Origin: a virus
Taxonomy: Duplodnaviria > Caudoviricetes
Direction: 5' to 3' (one strand)
IMG/VR virus record: IMGVR_UViG_3300019872_000009
Span: 1-37,402 of that record
Length of the DNA: 37,402 bases
Each line of letters starts with the position of its first letter. Position 1 is the first letter of the stretch. Below are positions 16,280-25,824 of this stretch, one piece after another. The position numbers and the translations under genes are program-made. The notes beneath the pieces are model-generated. The model searched no databases. It saw nothing but the letters and a program-made list of their open reading frames with translations, and had not been told where the DNA came from.

Positions 16280-18226
16280 ATGCCAGCAACTTTCACCATA
16301 CCAAGTGCATTCACGGCCATTGACAAGTTCTCTGGCCCTATTTCACGTATGGGTAATGCTGTGAATAGTTTTGCTTTCAAGTCTGAAGCTGCGCTCAGTC
16401 GCGTTGACCGGGCCTTCAGGACGCTCATGACCCCAATGACTGCCTTCCGGCAGATGTTAAATTCAATCGGGCTATATGTTGGTATATATGTTTTCATCAG
16501 GGCCATTCGTGGTGCTCTTGATGTGATGATGGATTTTGAGCAGGCTCAGATAAACATATCCGCAGTAACAGGAAAGTCAATCTCGCAGAACCAAGCACTC
16601 GCAGATCAGGCCAGAGAGCTTGCTGTTCGCTATGGAGAGGCCGCTACAAAAGTTTCTGAGCTTCAGTACGAGTTAATCAAGATGGGATTTGCCAACAAGG
16701 GCATTAAGCCTGTTCTTGAAATGACCCCATCAATTGTTATTGGGGCCAGAGCGTTAGGAGCTGATCCTTCAGAGCTGGCGAAAATGTTGGGAGCTGACTT
16801 AACCGCATTTAATATACCGACATCTCAAGCGAACAATGTGATCGATATGTACGCGAAGATTGCGGACTTATCTGCATTGGATTTCTCTTCAATACAAACT
16901 ATGCTTGCTAACTCAAGAGCGGCATGGGCTCAAACAGGAAGGCCTCTAGAAGAGCTTCTCGTGTTAATGGCTGTGTTGCGTAATGCTCAGTTGCACGTTG
17001 CTACTTCCGGTACTGGTATTAAAAACATGACTATCGACAACGCTGTTGCGAATAAGGATTTGAATGAGCAGTTGATGAAGGTTATTGGCAGCGAGAATAA
17101 AATTCAGAAAGCGTACAAGATGTACGGCAGAAGAACTTTCCAATCCGTTCTTCCGTTAGCTGAAGCTCTTGAGTCTGGAAATATTAAAGGTTTGCAAGAT
17201 CAACTTGCTGCTGGTTCGGCTGGATATGCGCAAAGGTTAGCTGAAACGAAATTACAATCAACAAAGGGTCACTTATCTTTATTGAAGGCTGCGTATGAAG
17301 AATTAATTTTAACTATCGATGATGGTAATGGTGGGCCGTTATCAACTGCAATAAAAAGATATTCGCAGATTATCTCTGCAATGTTGTTATTGACCTCAGG
17401 ATCAGACGCAGCGAACGGGAAGTTGAAAACAATGGACTCTTCTATTGTTGAAATTGCGAAGTCTGCGTTGACATGGCTGAAGGTTATTGGAAATTTGATC
17501 AAGCTGTTAATTGCTTTCAGGTTGTTGCTGATCGCTAGTCGAATCGCGTTGTTCTTATACAATGTTCAGTTGGGTATCTCGACTGCCTTCTTAATAGGAA
17601 ACGTCATGGCATTGCGTGGCAATGTAGTGGCTTTGGCTGCGTATAGAATTGCGGCTATGGCTGCGACCGCACAACAGTGGATATTCAACGCAGCAATGGC
17701 AGCTAATCCAATCGGGCTGATAATAATCGGGATCGCTGCAATGGTTGGCCTTGTCTACACTTTAGCGAAGCATTGGGAATCATGGGGCGCTGCTGTGTCT
17801 TTAGCTTTTGGCCCTCTCGGTTTACTATTGAATCATGTGATGTCTTTCTTTAATAAGTGGGAAGGAATTAAGAAGTCGTTTAAGGATGGTAGTTTCTTAG
17901 AGGGCATTAAGTCGATTGGACTCGCGCTGTACGATGCTATACTGTATCCAATGATGCAGTTGCTTGAGATAATCGGTAGGGTAACTGGATTCGATTGGGC
18001 AACGAACGCAGCCGCAAGACTTCAGGCTCATCGTGAGAATATGGGCATTGAGAAACTCGACATGGCGGGAGAGAGATCGGTGAGTGAGAAAAACACTACA
18101 ACTAAAAACAATGTGAGGGTTGACATCAACGCTCCGCTTGGATATAATGTATTTGGCTCTGATCCTAACGTGAATATAAAACCAGTGTTGTCATCAACTC
18201 ATGGATGGCATGCTCCAATGCAGTAG
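16280..18226 (+). CDS. Tail tape measure protein
   Basis: FTAIDKFSGP N-terminus, DFEQA...ISAV core, AQQWIFNAAMAANPIGLII motif and Ala-rich helical composition. Confidence 0.92.
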   Translation: MPATFTIPSAFTAIDKFSGPISRMGNAVNSFAFKSEAALSRVDRAFRTLMTPMTAFRQMLNSIGLYVGIYVFIRAIRGALDVMMDFEQAQINISAVTGKSISQNQALADQARELAVRYGEAATKVSELQYELIKMGFANKGIKPVLEMTPSIVIGARALGADPSELAKMLGADLTAFNIPTSQANNVIDMYAKIADLSALDFSSIQTMLANSRAAWAQTGRPLEELLVLMAVLRNAQLHVATSGTGIKNMTIDNAVANKDLNEQLMKVIGSENKIQKAYKMYGRRTFQSVLPLAEALESGNIKGLQDQLAAGSAGYAQRLAETKLQSTKGHLSLLKAAYEELILTIDDGNGGPLSTAIKRYSQIISAMLLLTSGSDAANGKLKTMDSSIVEIAKSALTWLKVIGNLIKLLIAFRLLLIASRIALFLYNVQLGISTAFLIGNVMALRGNVVALAAYRIAAMAATAQQWIFNAAMAANPIGLIIIGIAAMVGLVYTLAKHWESWGAAVSLAFGPLGLLLNHVMSFFNKWEGIKKSFKDGSFLEGIKSIGLALYDAILYPMMQLLEIIGRVTGFDWATNAAARLQAHRENMGIEKLDMAGERSVSEKNTTTKNNVRVDINAPLGYNVFGSDPNVNIKPVLSSTHGWHAPMQ

Positions 18227-18230
18227 AAGT

Positions 18231-18746
18231 ATGGATTTAGAATTAGTAGAAACATTGAATGGTGGTGACTTGGTTAAGAACGCCAAGGACTTGAAGGTAA
18301 TCTACGGATTTGAAGCTATGCCATACATGGCTATGTTCGGTGGTAACACTGAGGAGTCTACACCGACAATCAGGCTGGCAAACAGGCAGTATAATGACTT
18401 TTGGGCAAATGATCTTCTATGGCCCAAGAGTCCATCGCTGCAAATTAATTCTGAGACTGAGCGTGTAATGAGCAGTGTCCCATTAACCAGCTTCGGTAGG
18501 CTGCAAATAGAGCAGGCTATCAAAAAAGACCTGAACTTCTTCAGGGACGTTGCTGAAATTAAGGTGGCTGTAACGGTTCTTAGTGATGACAGAATCGCAA
18601 TAGGTATTAAATTAATTCAGCAGGTTTTCGTGTATATTTGGGATGCAACCAATAAGGAGTTAACCGATGCTGAATTTATAGTAACAACGACAGGAACAGT
18701 AAGAGTTAAAATATTCGACTATACCTTCGACTTCACTTTTGAGTAA
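18231..18746 (+). CDS. Baseplate protein (Mu gp46-like)
   Basis: Start reassigned to the ATG at 18231. GGDL, MAMFGG, FWAN and IEQAIKKDL segments, directly before baseplate J. Confidence 0.65.
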   Translation: MDLELVETLNGGDLVKNAKDLKVIYGFEAMPYMAMFGGNTEESTPTIRLANRQYNDFWANDLLWPKSPSLQINSETERVMSSVPLTSFGRLQIEQAIKKDLNFFRDVAEIKVAVTVLSDDRIAIGIKLIQQVFVYIWDATNKELTDAEFIVTTTGTVRVKIFDYTFDFTFE

Positions 18747-19924
18747 TGATAACTATACCTACACTTTCTGAGCTTTACGATGCTGTAAAGACTGATTTGG
18801 AAACTAAGTTCGGTGACAGCATTCCAGCATTCGGTAAGAACTTTTTGCGTGTATTGTCTGCTGTCCAGGCTGCTAAGTTGAAAGTGTACTACTTGGCAAT
18901 CGGCCATCTTCAGAAAAATATTTTTGTGGATACCGCTGAACCTGAAGCTACAGGTGGAACTCTTGAAAGATTTGGTAGGATTAAGTTGGGGAGAAATCCT
19001 TTTGCTGCAACTCAGGGTCAGTATCAAATTGAAATCACCGGAACTGTTGGCTCTGTTATTGAGGTTGGCACCACATTCAAAAGCAACGATGACTCCACGC
19101 ATCCAGAAAAATTATTTATTCTTGATTCTGAGTTTGAACTTGCTGCATCACCAACGAGTATTGTTGTTAGGGCTCTTGAGGCCGGGTTGGATAGCGAGAT
19201 GGCTATTGGTGAGGGGATGACAGCAACGATTCCTATCGCTGGTGTTGATGGGGCCGCTGAGGTGCTTGCGGTTGAAGTTGCTCCGTTAGATGCTGAGACG
19301 CTGGAAGATTATCGTGAGAAAGCTCTTGTTGCATTCAGGACGGAGCCCAATGGTGGAGCTGCTTCTGATTACAGGTTGTGGGCTCAAGACGCACAGGGCG
19401 TTGAGAGGGTTTATCCTTATGCAAAGTCAGGATACACGGCAGAAATAAATTTATACATTGAAGCAACTCTGGTGGATTCTGTTGACGGAAAGGGAACTCC
19501 CACACCCGCGATAATTGATGCCGTTGAGGAGGTTGTTGAGTTTGATCCAGATACAACAAAGCCGTTGAACGAGAGAGGTCGCAGGCCGCTTGGTGTTTTC
19601 CAGATAAATTATTTGCCAGTAACGATTAAGGAGATCGATATATCTATTCCTGGTTATGTGAATGGCACAGCGGAGATTGAGTCTTTAATTACTGCTGCTT
19701 TGACTGAGGTTGTTAGTAGTATACGTCCGTTTGTTGCTGGCGCAGATATACTTGCTGATAAGAATGATATTTTAGATACGAACAGGGTCATTGCGGCAAT
19801 TCTTGAAGCAGTGCCGGGTAGTGTATTTGGTGCTGTTGTGTTGGAAGTGGATGGTTCTCCTTTGTCAACTTATACTTTTACTTTTGGTGATATTCCTTAT
19901 TTGAACACCGTTACATTCCCATGA
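18746..19924 (+). CDS. Baseplate J-like wedge protein (Mu gp47)
   Basis: IFVDTA...LERFG, ETLEDYREK and PNGGAASDYRLWA..AQGVERVY motifs. Confidence 0.92.
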   Translation: MITIPTLSELYDAVKTDLETKFGDSIPAFGKNFLRVLSAVQAAKLKVYYLAIGHLQKNIFVDTAEPEATGGTLERFGRIKLGRNPFAATQGQYQIEITGTVGSVIEVGTTFKSNDDSTHPEKLFILDSEFELAASPTSIVVRALEAGLDSEMAIGEGMTATIPIAGVDGAAEVLAVEVAPLDAETLEDYREKALVAFRTEPNGGAASDYRLWAQDAQGVERVYPYAKSGYTAEINLYIEATLVDSVDGKGTPTPAIIDAVEEVVEFDPDTTKPLNERGRRPLGVFQINYLPVTIKEIDISIPGYVNGTAEIESLITAALTEVVSSIRPFVAGADILADKNDILDTNRVIAAILEAVPGSVFGAVVLEVDGSPLSTYTFTFGDIPYLNTVTFP

Positions 19925-20631
19925 GTATTTTAACAAAAATACAATCACTATCAAAACAGTTGTTCCCAACTGGAAGGGCTTTTAAGATTCCGAACGATAG
20001 CTATTTCCAGAAGCTCATGGATGGTTTAGCTGAGAGTGAGAAGAGAGCTTACGATGATGCTTTGTCAATTCTCAATAGCGCGATACCGGATAATGATAAT
20101 TTCACTGCTGATGATGCTACTGATTGGGAAAGGCGCTTAGGGCTCATCACTGGTGATGGTGTTTCACTGGCTGATAGAAAATTAGCAATCCTGCGTAAAT
20201 ACAATCACCCTGGGGAAATAAAAGCAAGGCAGCATTACCTCTTCCTTCAGAAGCAATTACGTGATGCTGGTTTCGATGTGTACGTCCATGAGAATAGATT
20301 TCCTTATGGAGATGGTAGTTACTACACACTTACCCCGCTTGATATTGATCCTTCGTACCCGACACTAGCGAGTCAGTACAGCTCGTTTGTTCAGTACGGT
20401 CAGGTTCAATATGGTGGCTCGTTTGGTAATAAAATAGCGAATTTTATAAGCGAGAGTTTGGATAATGCTTTTTTGGTAGGATCGACCTACAGGGCTTCGT
20501 TTTTTATTGGCGGGCCGTATCTTGGTAACTACGCTAGTGTTCCGTTGAATAGGAAAGATGAGTTTCGTCAGTTAATTTTAAGGACTAAGCCAGTGCAGAC
20601 AGTTGGGTTCCTTTTTATCAATTATGTATAA
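19921..20631 (+). CDS. Baseplate protein, Mu gp48/YmfQ (DUF2313)-like
   Basis: LFPTGRAF, DWERRLGL...LADRK and C-terminal LRTKPVQT. Follows baseplate J. Confidence 0.8.
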   Translation: MSILTKIQSLSKQLFPTGRAFKIPNDSYFQKLMDGLAESEKRAYDDALSILNSAIPDNDNFTADDATDWERRLGLITGDGVSLADRKLAILRKYNHPGEIKARQHYLFLQKQLRDAGFDVYVHENRFPYGDGSYYTLTPLDIDPSYPTLASQYSSFVQYGQVQYGGSFGNKIANFISESLDNAFLVGSTYRASFFIGGPYLGNYASVPLNRKDEFRQLILRTKPVQTVGFLFINYV

Positions 20632-20634
20632 GTT

Positions 20635-21459
20635 ATGCGTAAATTAGAAGATCAAGTCAATGTAGTTGCCCCTGGTGGTGATTACCCTTATGGCCGCATT
20701 CGTGACGATGACGGTTCTAGTAATGGTACTCCTTTGAACGAGGCTGTTCATGGCGATTATCATCAGTTTTTCGCAAGGCTGTTTGCTCAATCTGGAATCT
20801 CTGCAAACGATTTGCCGGAGAATTCAGCTAACGGATTCCAGTACTTTGAAGCGTTGCTTAAAGTAATTTCATTAAGAGCAGGAAGGTATTCATCTGCTTC
20901 TGATGTTGGCGCTTCTGTCAGTACAAATTTTAATGACTACAGTGCTGCTGGAGTTTTTGAGTGTGGAACCACATTCACCAATAAGCCTGCTGGTCTTACG
21001 ATTGGGCAGTTAACGGTATTTGGAACCGGGGCTGATGTGACACAGAGGGTTGTCGATTTGAATTATGGTGCTGAGTGGCACAGGTTCTATACTGGCTCTT
21101 GGAGTGCTTGGGCTCTGACTAGATATGCAGAAAGAAAGATTGATCTTGGTGATTGGGATATGGATACAACAAACTCGCTCATCGTTGATCTTGGCGCTCT
21201 TGGTTTGGATGTCACTAATATTATTGATATACGTGCCATTGTAAGGGCTGATGATGACGCTTTCGTTCCTCTTGCTTTATACCATGCCCCATTCGGAACG
21301 GATGCTGGATTGACATTGTGGATGTCATCGATTTTTGGTGTGGCCCCTGCCTGTTCTGTTTCTGTTGTTAGATTGGCAGGTAGTGGTTTTGATGGAACTG
21401 ATTTTGATGATACTGGTTTTAATCGTGGTTGGGTAATCGTTAAGTACATCCCGCAATAA
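20635..21459 (+). CDS. Short tail fibre / baseplate-attached fibre
   Basis: Follows the gp48-like gene. N-terminal GTPLN..V anchor and knob-like FNDY...G.....N.P...G.L.V...VTQR...W.R....WSAW segment. Confidence 0.7.
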   Translation: MRKLEDQVNVVAPGGDYPYGRIRDDDGSSNGTPLNEAVHGDYHQFFARLFAQSGISANDLPENSANGFQYFEALLKVISLRAGRYSSASDVGASVSTNFNDYSAAGVFECGTTFTNKPAGLTIGQLTVFGTGADVTQRVVDLNYGAEWHRFYTGSWSAWALTRYAERKIDLGDWDMDTTNSLIVDLGALGLDVTNIIDIRAIVRADDDAFVPLALYHAPFGTDAGLTLWMSSIFGVAPACSVSVVRLAGSGFDGTDFDDTGFNRGWVIVKYIPQ

Positions 21460-22212
21460 ATGTCTCACAATTACTTTTTAAATGTTAACAGCACAAAAGT
21501 TGTCGCCTTTACTAATAAACTTGAAAAAATTGGTAAGGTTGAATTGCCTATTGCTATTCGTGGAGCGCTGAATAGAACTGCGTTTGATGTTAAGCAGCGG
21601 TCGATGATTAAATCTGCTGAGGCCCACTTCGTAAAAAGAAATCCAAACTTCTTCCGGGCTAACAGTCATGTTGATATGGCAAAGGGGTTGTTTGTTAACA
21701 CAATGAGGTCAACAGTCGGCTTCTTGGTATCAAAGGCTCAGTATAACAATAAGGCTGTTCAGGAACTTCAGCAGCAGGAATACGGTGGGGATATTAAAGA
21801 CAGAACATTCATCCCGACAGAAGGTGCGAGGGTTGGTAGCAGTGCGACACCTGTACGTCCAAAAAACAGGTTAAGAACAATTGGCCCACAGCTCTCAAGA
21901 GCAATCGATATTAAGAACATACCCGGCCCTAACCGGAGGTATAAGTTCATGAGAGCTGCACACAAAGCTGGCCGGGGTGGTTATGTGATTGCTGGATTGA
22001 GAAAACCGATGTTGTATCGAATCGAGAGCATCAGCAGGAAATATGGCAGAACATTCATTAAGCAGAAGCCGCTTTACTCTTTCGCCAAAGGTCGTTCGGT
22101 TAAGATCGAGAGAACTAGTTTTATGAGAGAAGCCTCATTGAATAGCGCGAATCGTTTAGAAAGATTTTATATTGAAGAGGCGAAAAGAAGGATAGCAAAA
22201 ATGGCAAAATGA
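21460..22212 (+). CDS. Basic tail completion protein (lambda gpZ-like)
   Basis: AIRGALNRTAFDVK motif, very Arg/Lys-rich, C-terminal FMREA. Confidence 0.5.
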   Translation: MSHNYFLNVNSTKVVAFTNKLEKIGKVELPIAIRGALNRTAFDVKQRSMIKSAEAHFVKRNPNFFRANSHVDMAKGLFVNTMRSTVGFLVSKAQYNNKAVQELQQQEYGGDIKDRTFIPTEGARVGSSATPVRPKNRLRTIGPQLSRAIDIKNIPGPNRRYKFMRAAHKAGRGGYVIAGLRKPMLYRIESISRKYGRTFIKQKPLYSFAKGRSVKIERTSFMREASLNSANRLERFYIEEAKRRIAKMAK

Positions 22213-23426
22213 GCTGGCTGGATAAGATAAATAACGAACTGCAAATCATCACTGGTGACGGGAAGGAATATAAGCCTAACTGGATGAATGCTGTCAAGGA
22301 GCGTGAGTACAACGTGTCTGAGTTTGAATTTATCAATGTGCCAGGTACTCTTGTGAAGCGTAAAACGCCAAGGGGTAATCGATACAATCTTGAGATTTAC
22401 TTTCAGGGGGATGATCATCTTGATATAGCGGAGGATTTTGGTAAGTCGGCTGATGATCCTCGGCCTTGGAATCTTCGTCATCCGTACTATGGAGTGATAC
22501 TGGTGCAGCCTATCAAACTTTCGCAAGACAACACTCAGCATAACGTCAGCAAGTTCAATATTCCAATCGTGGAAACTATAGATGAGGTGGCTCCGCGAAT
22601 CACGGTTGATCCTGTAAGTAAAGTCTATGACATTGCAAATCTGGCTCTCGATAAAATGGGAGTGTCTTTTGGCGTGTCTCTGCCTACGGTGTTTGATATA
22701 CCGGAAATGAAAACGGATTTAACCAGTGTGTACGAGGTTGGTAAGAAGCAAATCAAATTAACTTTTGACGCTAACAATTATTTCAACACGTACACAAGTG
22801 CTTTGTCTAAAATTAATGATGTAGTATCCGAGCCTCTTGCGGCTATCCGTGAGATACAGGCAATGATCAATGCTCCTTTTCAGTTTGTCGATACTGTGAA
22901 GAACAGGGTGACCATGCTGCAAAGCCAATTTGATACGCTTGTTGAATCAGTGGAGAATCTGGTGACGATATTTGATCGTAAAAGATACGAGCAGTACAAT
23001 GGGGCGGTCGTGGTTGCTATGTGCCAGGCTGGCGTTACAGATGTTGATTATCAGAACCGATCACAAGTGCTGGCCGTCATGACTCAGATTGTCGATAGTT
23101 TTAACCAGTACATCGAGGATTTGGATGCGCTTCAGAGTGACAATGGTGGAAATCCTGATCACTACATGCCTGATCAGTCCAGCGTGAATGAGATCAATAG
23201 ATTAGTGAATTTTACAATATCAAGCCTATTCCAGATAGCAATCTCATCAAAGCAGGAGAGGGTTGTTTATATGGAGAAGGACACGAATCTTATTCTAATT
23301 GCTCATAGATTTTATGGACTAGCGCCAGACGATTCGACTATACAGAGAATAATTGACGATAATAACATCGGCCTTAATGAATTGCTTTTGATTAAGAAAG
23401 GCAGGCCGATTACTTACACAGCATGA
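22209..23426 (+). CDS. DNA circularisation N-terminal domain protein (Mu gp43-like)
   Basis: EFEFINVPG, LRHPYYG and C-terminal LIAHRFYG...N.I...G. Confidence 0.8.
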   Translation: MSWLDKINNELQIITGDGKEYKPNWMNAVKEREYNVSEFEFINVPGTLVKRKTPRGNRYNLEIYFQGDDHLDIAEDFGKSADDPRPWNLRHPYYGVILVQPIKLSQDNTQHNVSKFNIPIVETIDEVAPRITVDPVSKVYDIANLALDKMGVSFGVSLPTVFDIPEMKTDLTSVYEVGKKQIKLTFDANNYFNTYTSALSKINDVVSEPLAAIREIQAMINAPFQFVDTVKNRVTMLQSQFDTLVESVENLVTIFDRKRYEQYNGAVVVAMCQAGVTDVDYQNRSQVLAVMTQIVDSFNQYIEDLDALQSDNGGNPDHYMPDQSSVNEINRLVNFTISSLFQIAISSKQERVVYMEKDTNLILIAHRFYGLAPDDSTIQRIIDDNNIGLNELLLIKKGRPITYTA

Positions 23427-24544
23427 TTTTACAAATCAATGACAGATTTACGAATAGGCGAGTATCCTATTTTACTAATGTCAGCATCGATCTGAAGTAC
23501 GATGCCTTTGCTTCTACATTCCAATTAGCATATTATTTCGATCCAGCGAATAAAGAACATGTTGAGTTTTCGTGCGTGAGTCATTATCACATCTGCACGT
23601 TGTTGGATGATAGCGGGAAGAGGATTTTGACCGGATACATCTTGTCTATCGATATGGATGACAGTAGTACAGTTACACTTGTGCGCATTAGTGGTTATTC
23701 TTTACCTGGTGTTCTTGAGGATTGCGACATTGCACCAACTGTGCCTGCGCAATTCACGAGAGGGTTGAAGAATCCATTACTGCCTTATGCCCTTCAGTTT
23801 TATAATTTGACCTTAAAACAGCTTGCGGAGAATCTTGTTGCTCCGTTTGGGATAAAGGTTGTTATTCATCCTAGTGTGGCTACTGAAATGAATACTAAGT
23901 ATGAGGAAACTGAAGCTAAGGAGAATCAAAACATCAAGTCATTTTTATCAGAACTTGCTTCGCAGAAAAACATCATCATCACACACAATGAGTTTGGTAA
24001 TCTTGTTTTTCAGAGGCCATCAGCGAGACAGAAGCCAGTATTCACATTTACGCCAGAGACAATATCGAATGTGAAGATGAGATTGTCTTTCAATGGTCAG
24101 GGTGTTCATTCTCAGATCACGGTAATGAAACAAAGTAGTATTGAGCAGGATGGAATTGAAGAACAAGAGACACTTTACAATCCGTATGTGACTACAGTGT
24201 TTCGTCCGAAGGTGCATAAGATTACGCAGAAGAGCACCGGGCCTAAAGATTCTAATGAGGCATCAGTAAATTTGAGAGCTAAGGAGCTTCAGAATTTAGG
24301 ATTGAATATTGAATTGGATCGGTGGATACTGAACGATCAGTTGTTGATGCCTGGTCAGATAATCACGGTAACGAATCCGAGGGTGTACTTATTCAAGCCA
24401 ACGAATTGGTTCATTCAGGCAATTACTTTGAATGAGGATAAGGATAAGAACACCGCTACAATGAAGTGCTGCATACCGGAAGCTATCACTGGCGAGGAGC
24501 CTAAGTATATTTTTGCAGGAATCAATCGTCACCCAATGGCTTAA
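23423..24544 (+). CDS. Baseplate hub (Mu gp44-like)
   Basis: GYS.PGVLEDC, TLKQLAENLVAPFGIKV, FLSELA...GNLVF and HSQITV motifs. Confidence 0.8.
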   Translation: MILQINDRFTNRRVSYFTNVSIDLKYDAFASTFQLAYYFDPANKEHVEFSCVSHYHICTLLDDSGKRILTGYILSIDMDDSSTVTLVRISGYSLPGVLEDCDIAPTVPAQFTRGLKNPLLPYALQFYNLTLKQLAENLVAPFGIKVVIHPSVATEMNTKYEETEAKENQNIKSFLSELASQKNIIITHNEFGNLVFQRPSARQKPVFTFTPETISNVKMRLSFNGQGVHSQITVMKQSSIEQDGIEEQETLYNPYVTTVFRPKVHKITQKSTGPKDSNEASVNLRAKELQNLGLNIELDRWILNDQLLMPGQIITVTNPRVYLFKPTNWFIQAITLNEDKDKNTATMKCCIPEAITGEEPKYIFAGINRHPMA

Positions 24545-25041
24545 TGAATTTAGTAAGAATCATATCGTCTGAATTTAAAGCAACCGTTAATGAGCTGATC
24601 GTTAAGTTCAGGCGTTACGGGAAGAGTGACATCAGGACTGCTACACAGGCGGCCCCGTTTGGTATTGACAGCAGACCGCCAAAAGGAATGGTTGCTGTAT
24701 TCTCACCAACTGATGAGAAGGGTAGATCGGTAGTGGTTGGTTATGTAAATAAGAATTTAGTTGCTGATGTAGGAGAGGTACGATTATTTTCAGTGAATGC
24801 CTCTGGTGTTCTTCAGACTTACGTGTGGCTTAAAAAAGATGGCGTTCTTTTGCTTGGTGGCAGCGCAAAGCATCTGGCTCGGTTCGAGGAGTTAAAGACA
24901 GGATTCGATCAATTGAAAACAGACTTCAACGCTTTCTTGACTCATGTGCATGGTGGTTCTGGAACTCCTCCGGCTCCTCCGGCTACCCCATCAACAGCGA
25001 GTATTGATGCTTCTAAAACTGACAATGTAAAAACAGCTTAA
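24544..25041 (+). CDS. Baseplate central spike (Mu gp45-like)
   Basis: PFGIDSRPP, GEVRLFS and THVH metal-binding HxH tip motif. Confidence 0.8.
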   Translation: MNLVRIISSEFKATVNELIVKFRRYGKSDIRTATQAAPFGIDSRPPKGMVAVFSPTDEKGRSVVVGYVNKNLVADVGEVRLFSVNASGVLQTYVWLKKDGVLLLGGSAKHLARFEELKTGFDQLKTDFNAFLTHVHGGSGTPPAPPATPSTASIDASKTDNVKTA

Positions 25042-25042
25042 T

Positions 25043-25519
25043 ATGAAACAAGAAATTAAACTCCTTGAATTCCTACGATCAAATAAATTCATTTTGTACG
25101 TAGCGTTATTTACTGTGCTGGCCCTCGCACCCACAACATATTTTGTTTTCTATTCATTCTCAATTTTCATTTCTCCTTTCCGTGAGGTAGCGAGTGGGGC
25201 TGTGGCTTGTATTGTTGCTTCCTCGATTATGATTTACACACTCAGGAAGAATTACAAAGTGGCTCTGTACTACAGTTTTTTTGAGGTGACAATTTCTGCC
25301 TACTACTATATCGCAATGGTGGTCGGTTGGGATTGGGCTTTGATCCCGGCTCTGAGTTTTACGATTATGCTACCGATCTCTGTTTACCACTACAGTAAGG
25401 AAATTGATGTCAACCTCCATTTGGAGAATGACTTCAAAGACCTTGAGGACTGGATGGAGAAAAACCCACAAGGGAAGCCAACTGAATATTTAAGAAAAAT
25501 CCGTAATTTACGCCCATGA
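25043..25519 (+). CDS. Four-TM membrane protein of unknown function
   Basis: Four hydrophobic segments. In-operon between the spike and gpW genes. Confidence 0.7.
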   Translation: MKQEIKLLEFLRSNKFILYVALFTVLALAPTTYFVFYSFSIFISPFREVASGAVACIVASSIMIYTLRKNYKVALYYSFFEVTISAYYYIAMVVGWDWALIPALSFTIMLPISVYHYSKEIDVNLHLENDFKDLEDWMEKNPQGKPTEYLRKIRNLRP

Positions 25520-25824
25520 TCGTTTATAAGTCCGAGCGAGAATTCGTTGAGTCCTGCACAACACTTGAGGCTAGAATAGCTGCCATTGACGCGATTATAG
25601 AATCCCTTTTGTTATCAGCGGCATCATCAACAGCCAATGAGGGTATTTCTGAGTACTGGCTTAATGATGGACAGACGCAGATAAAAACTGTTTACCGGAG
25701 TGGGATGATGATTCAAAACGCTGTCACTGCTTGGCAGAGGATGAGAAATTATTATGCTAATAGTAAAGCGGGAAGGGTAAGTAGATTCATGGACGCTAAA
25801 AATTTTCCAGGTGGCACTTGCTGA
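25516..25824 (+). CDS. Head-tail joining protein (lambda gpW-like)
   Basis: Helix, then an EYWLNDGQ...VYRS hairpin, then a helix. Directly upstream of the portal gene. Confidence 0.65.
   Translation: MIVYKSEREFVESCTTLEARIAAIDAIIESLLLSAASSTANEGISEYWLNDGQTQIKTVYRSGMMIQNAVTAWQRMRNYYANSKAGRVSRFMDAKNFPGGTC

Noticed and set aside
13746-25041. Tailocin, extracellular contractile injection system or T6SS
   Set aside because: Terminase, portal, protease and capsid genes are present, so this is a complete head-tail phage morphogenesis set.
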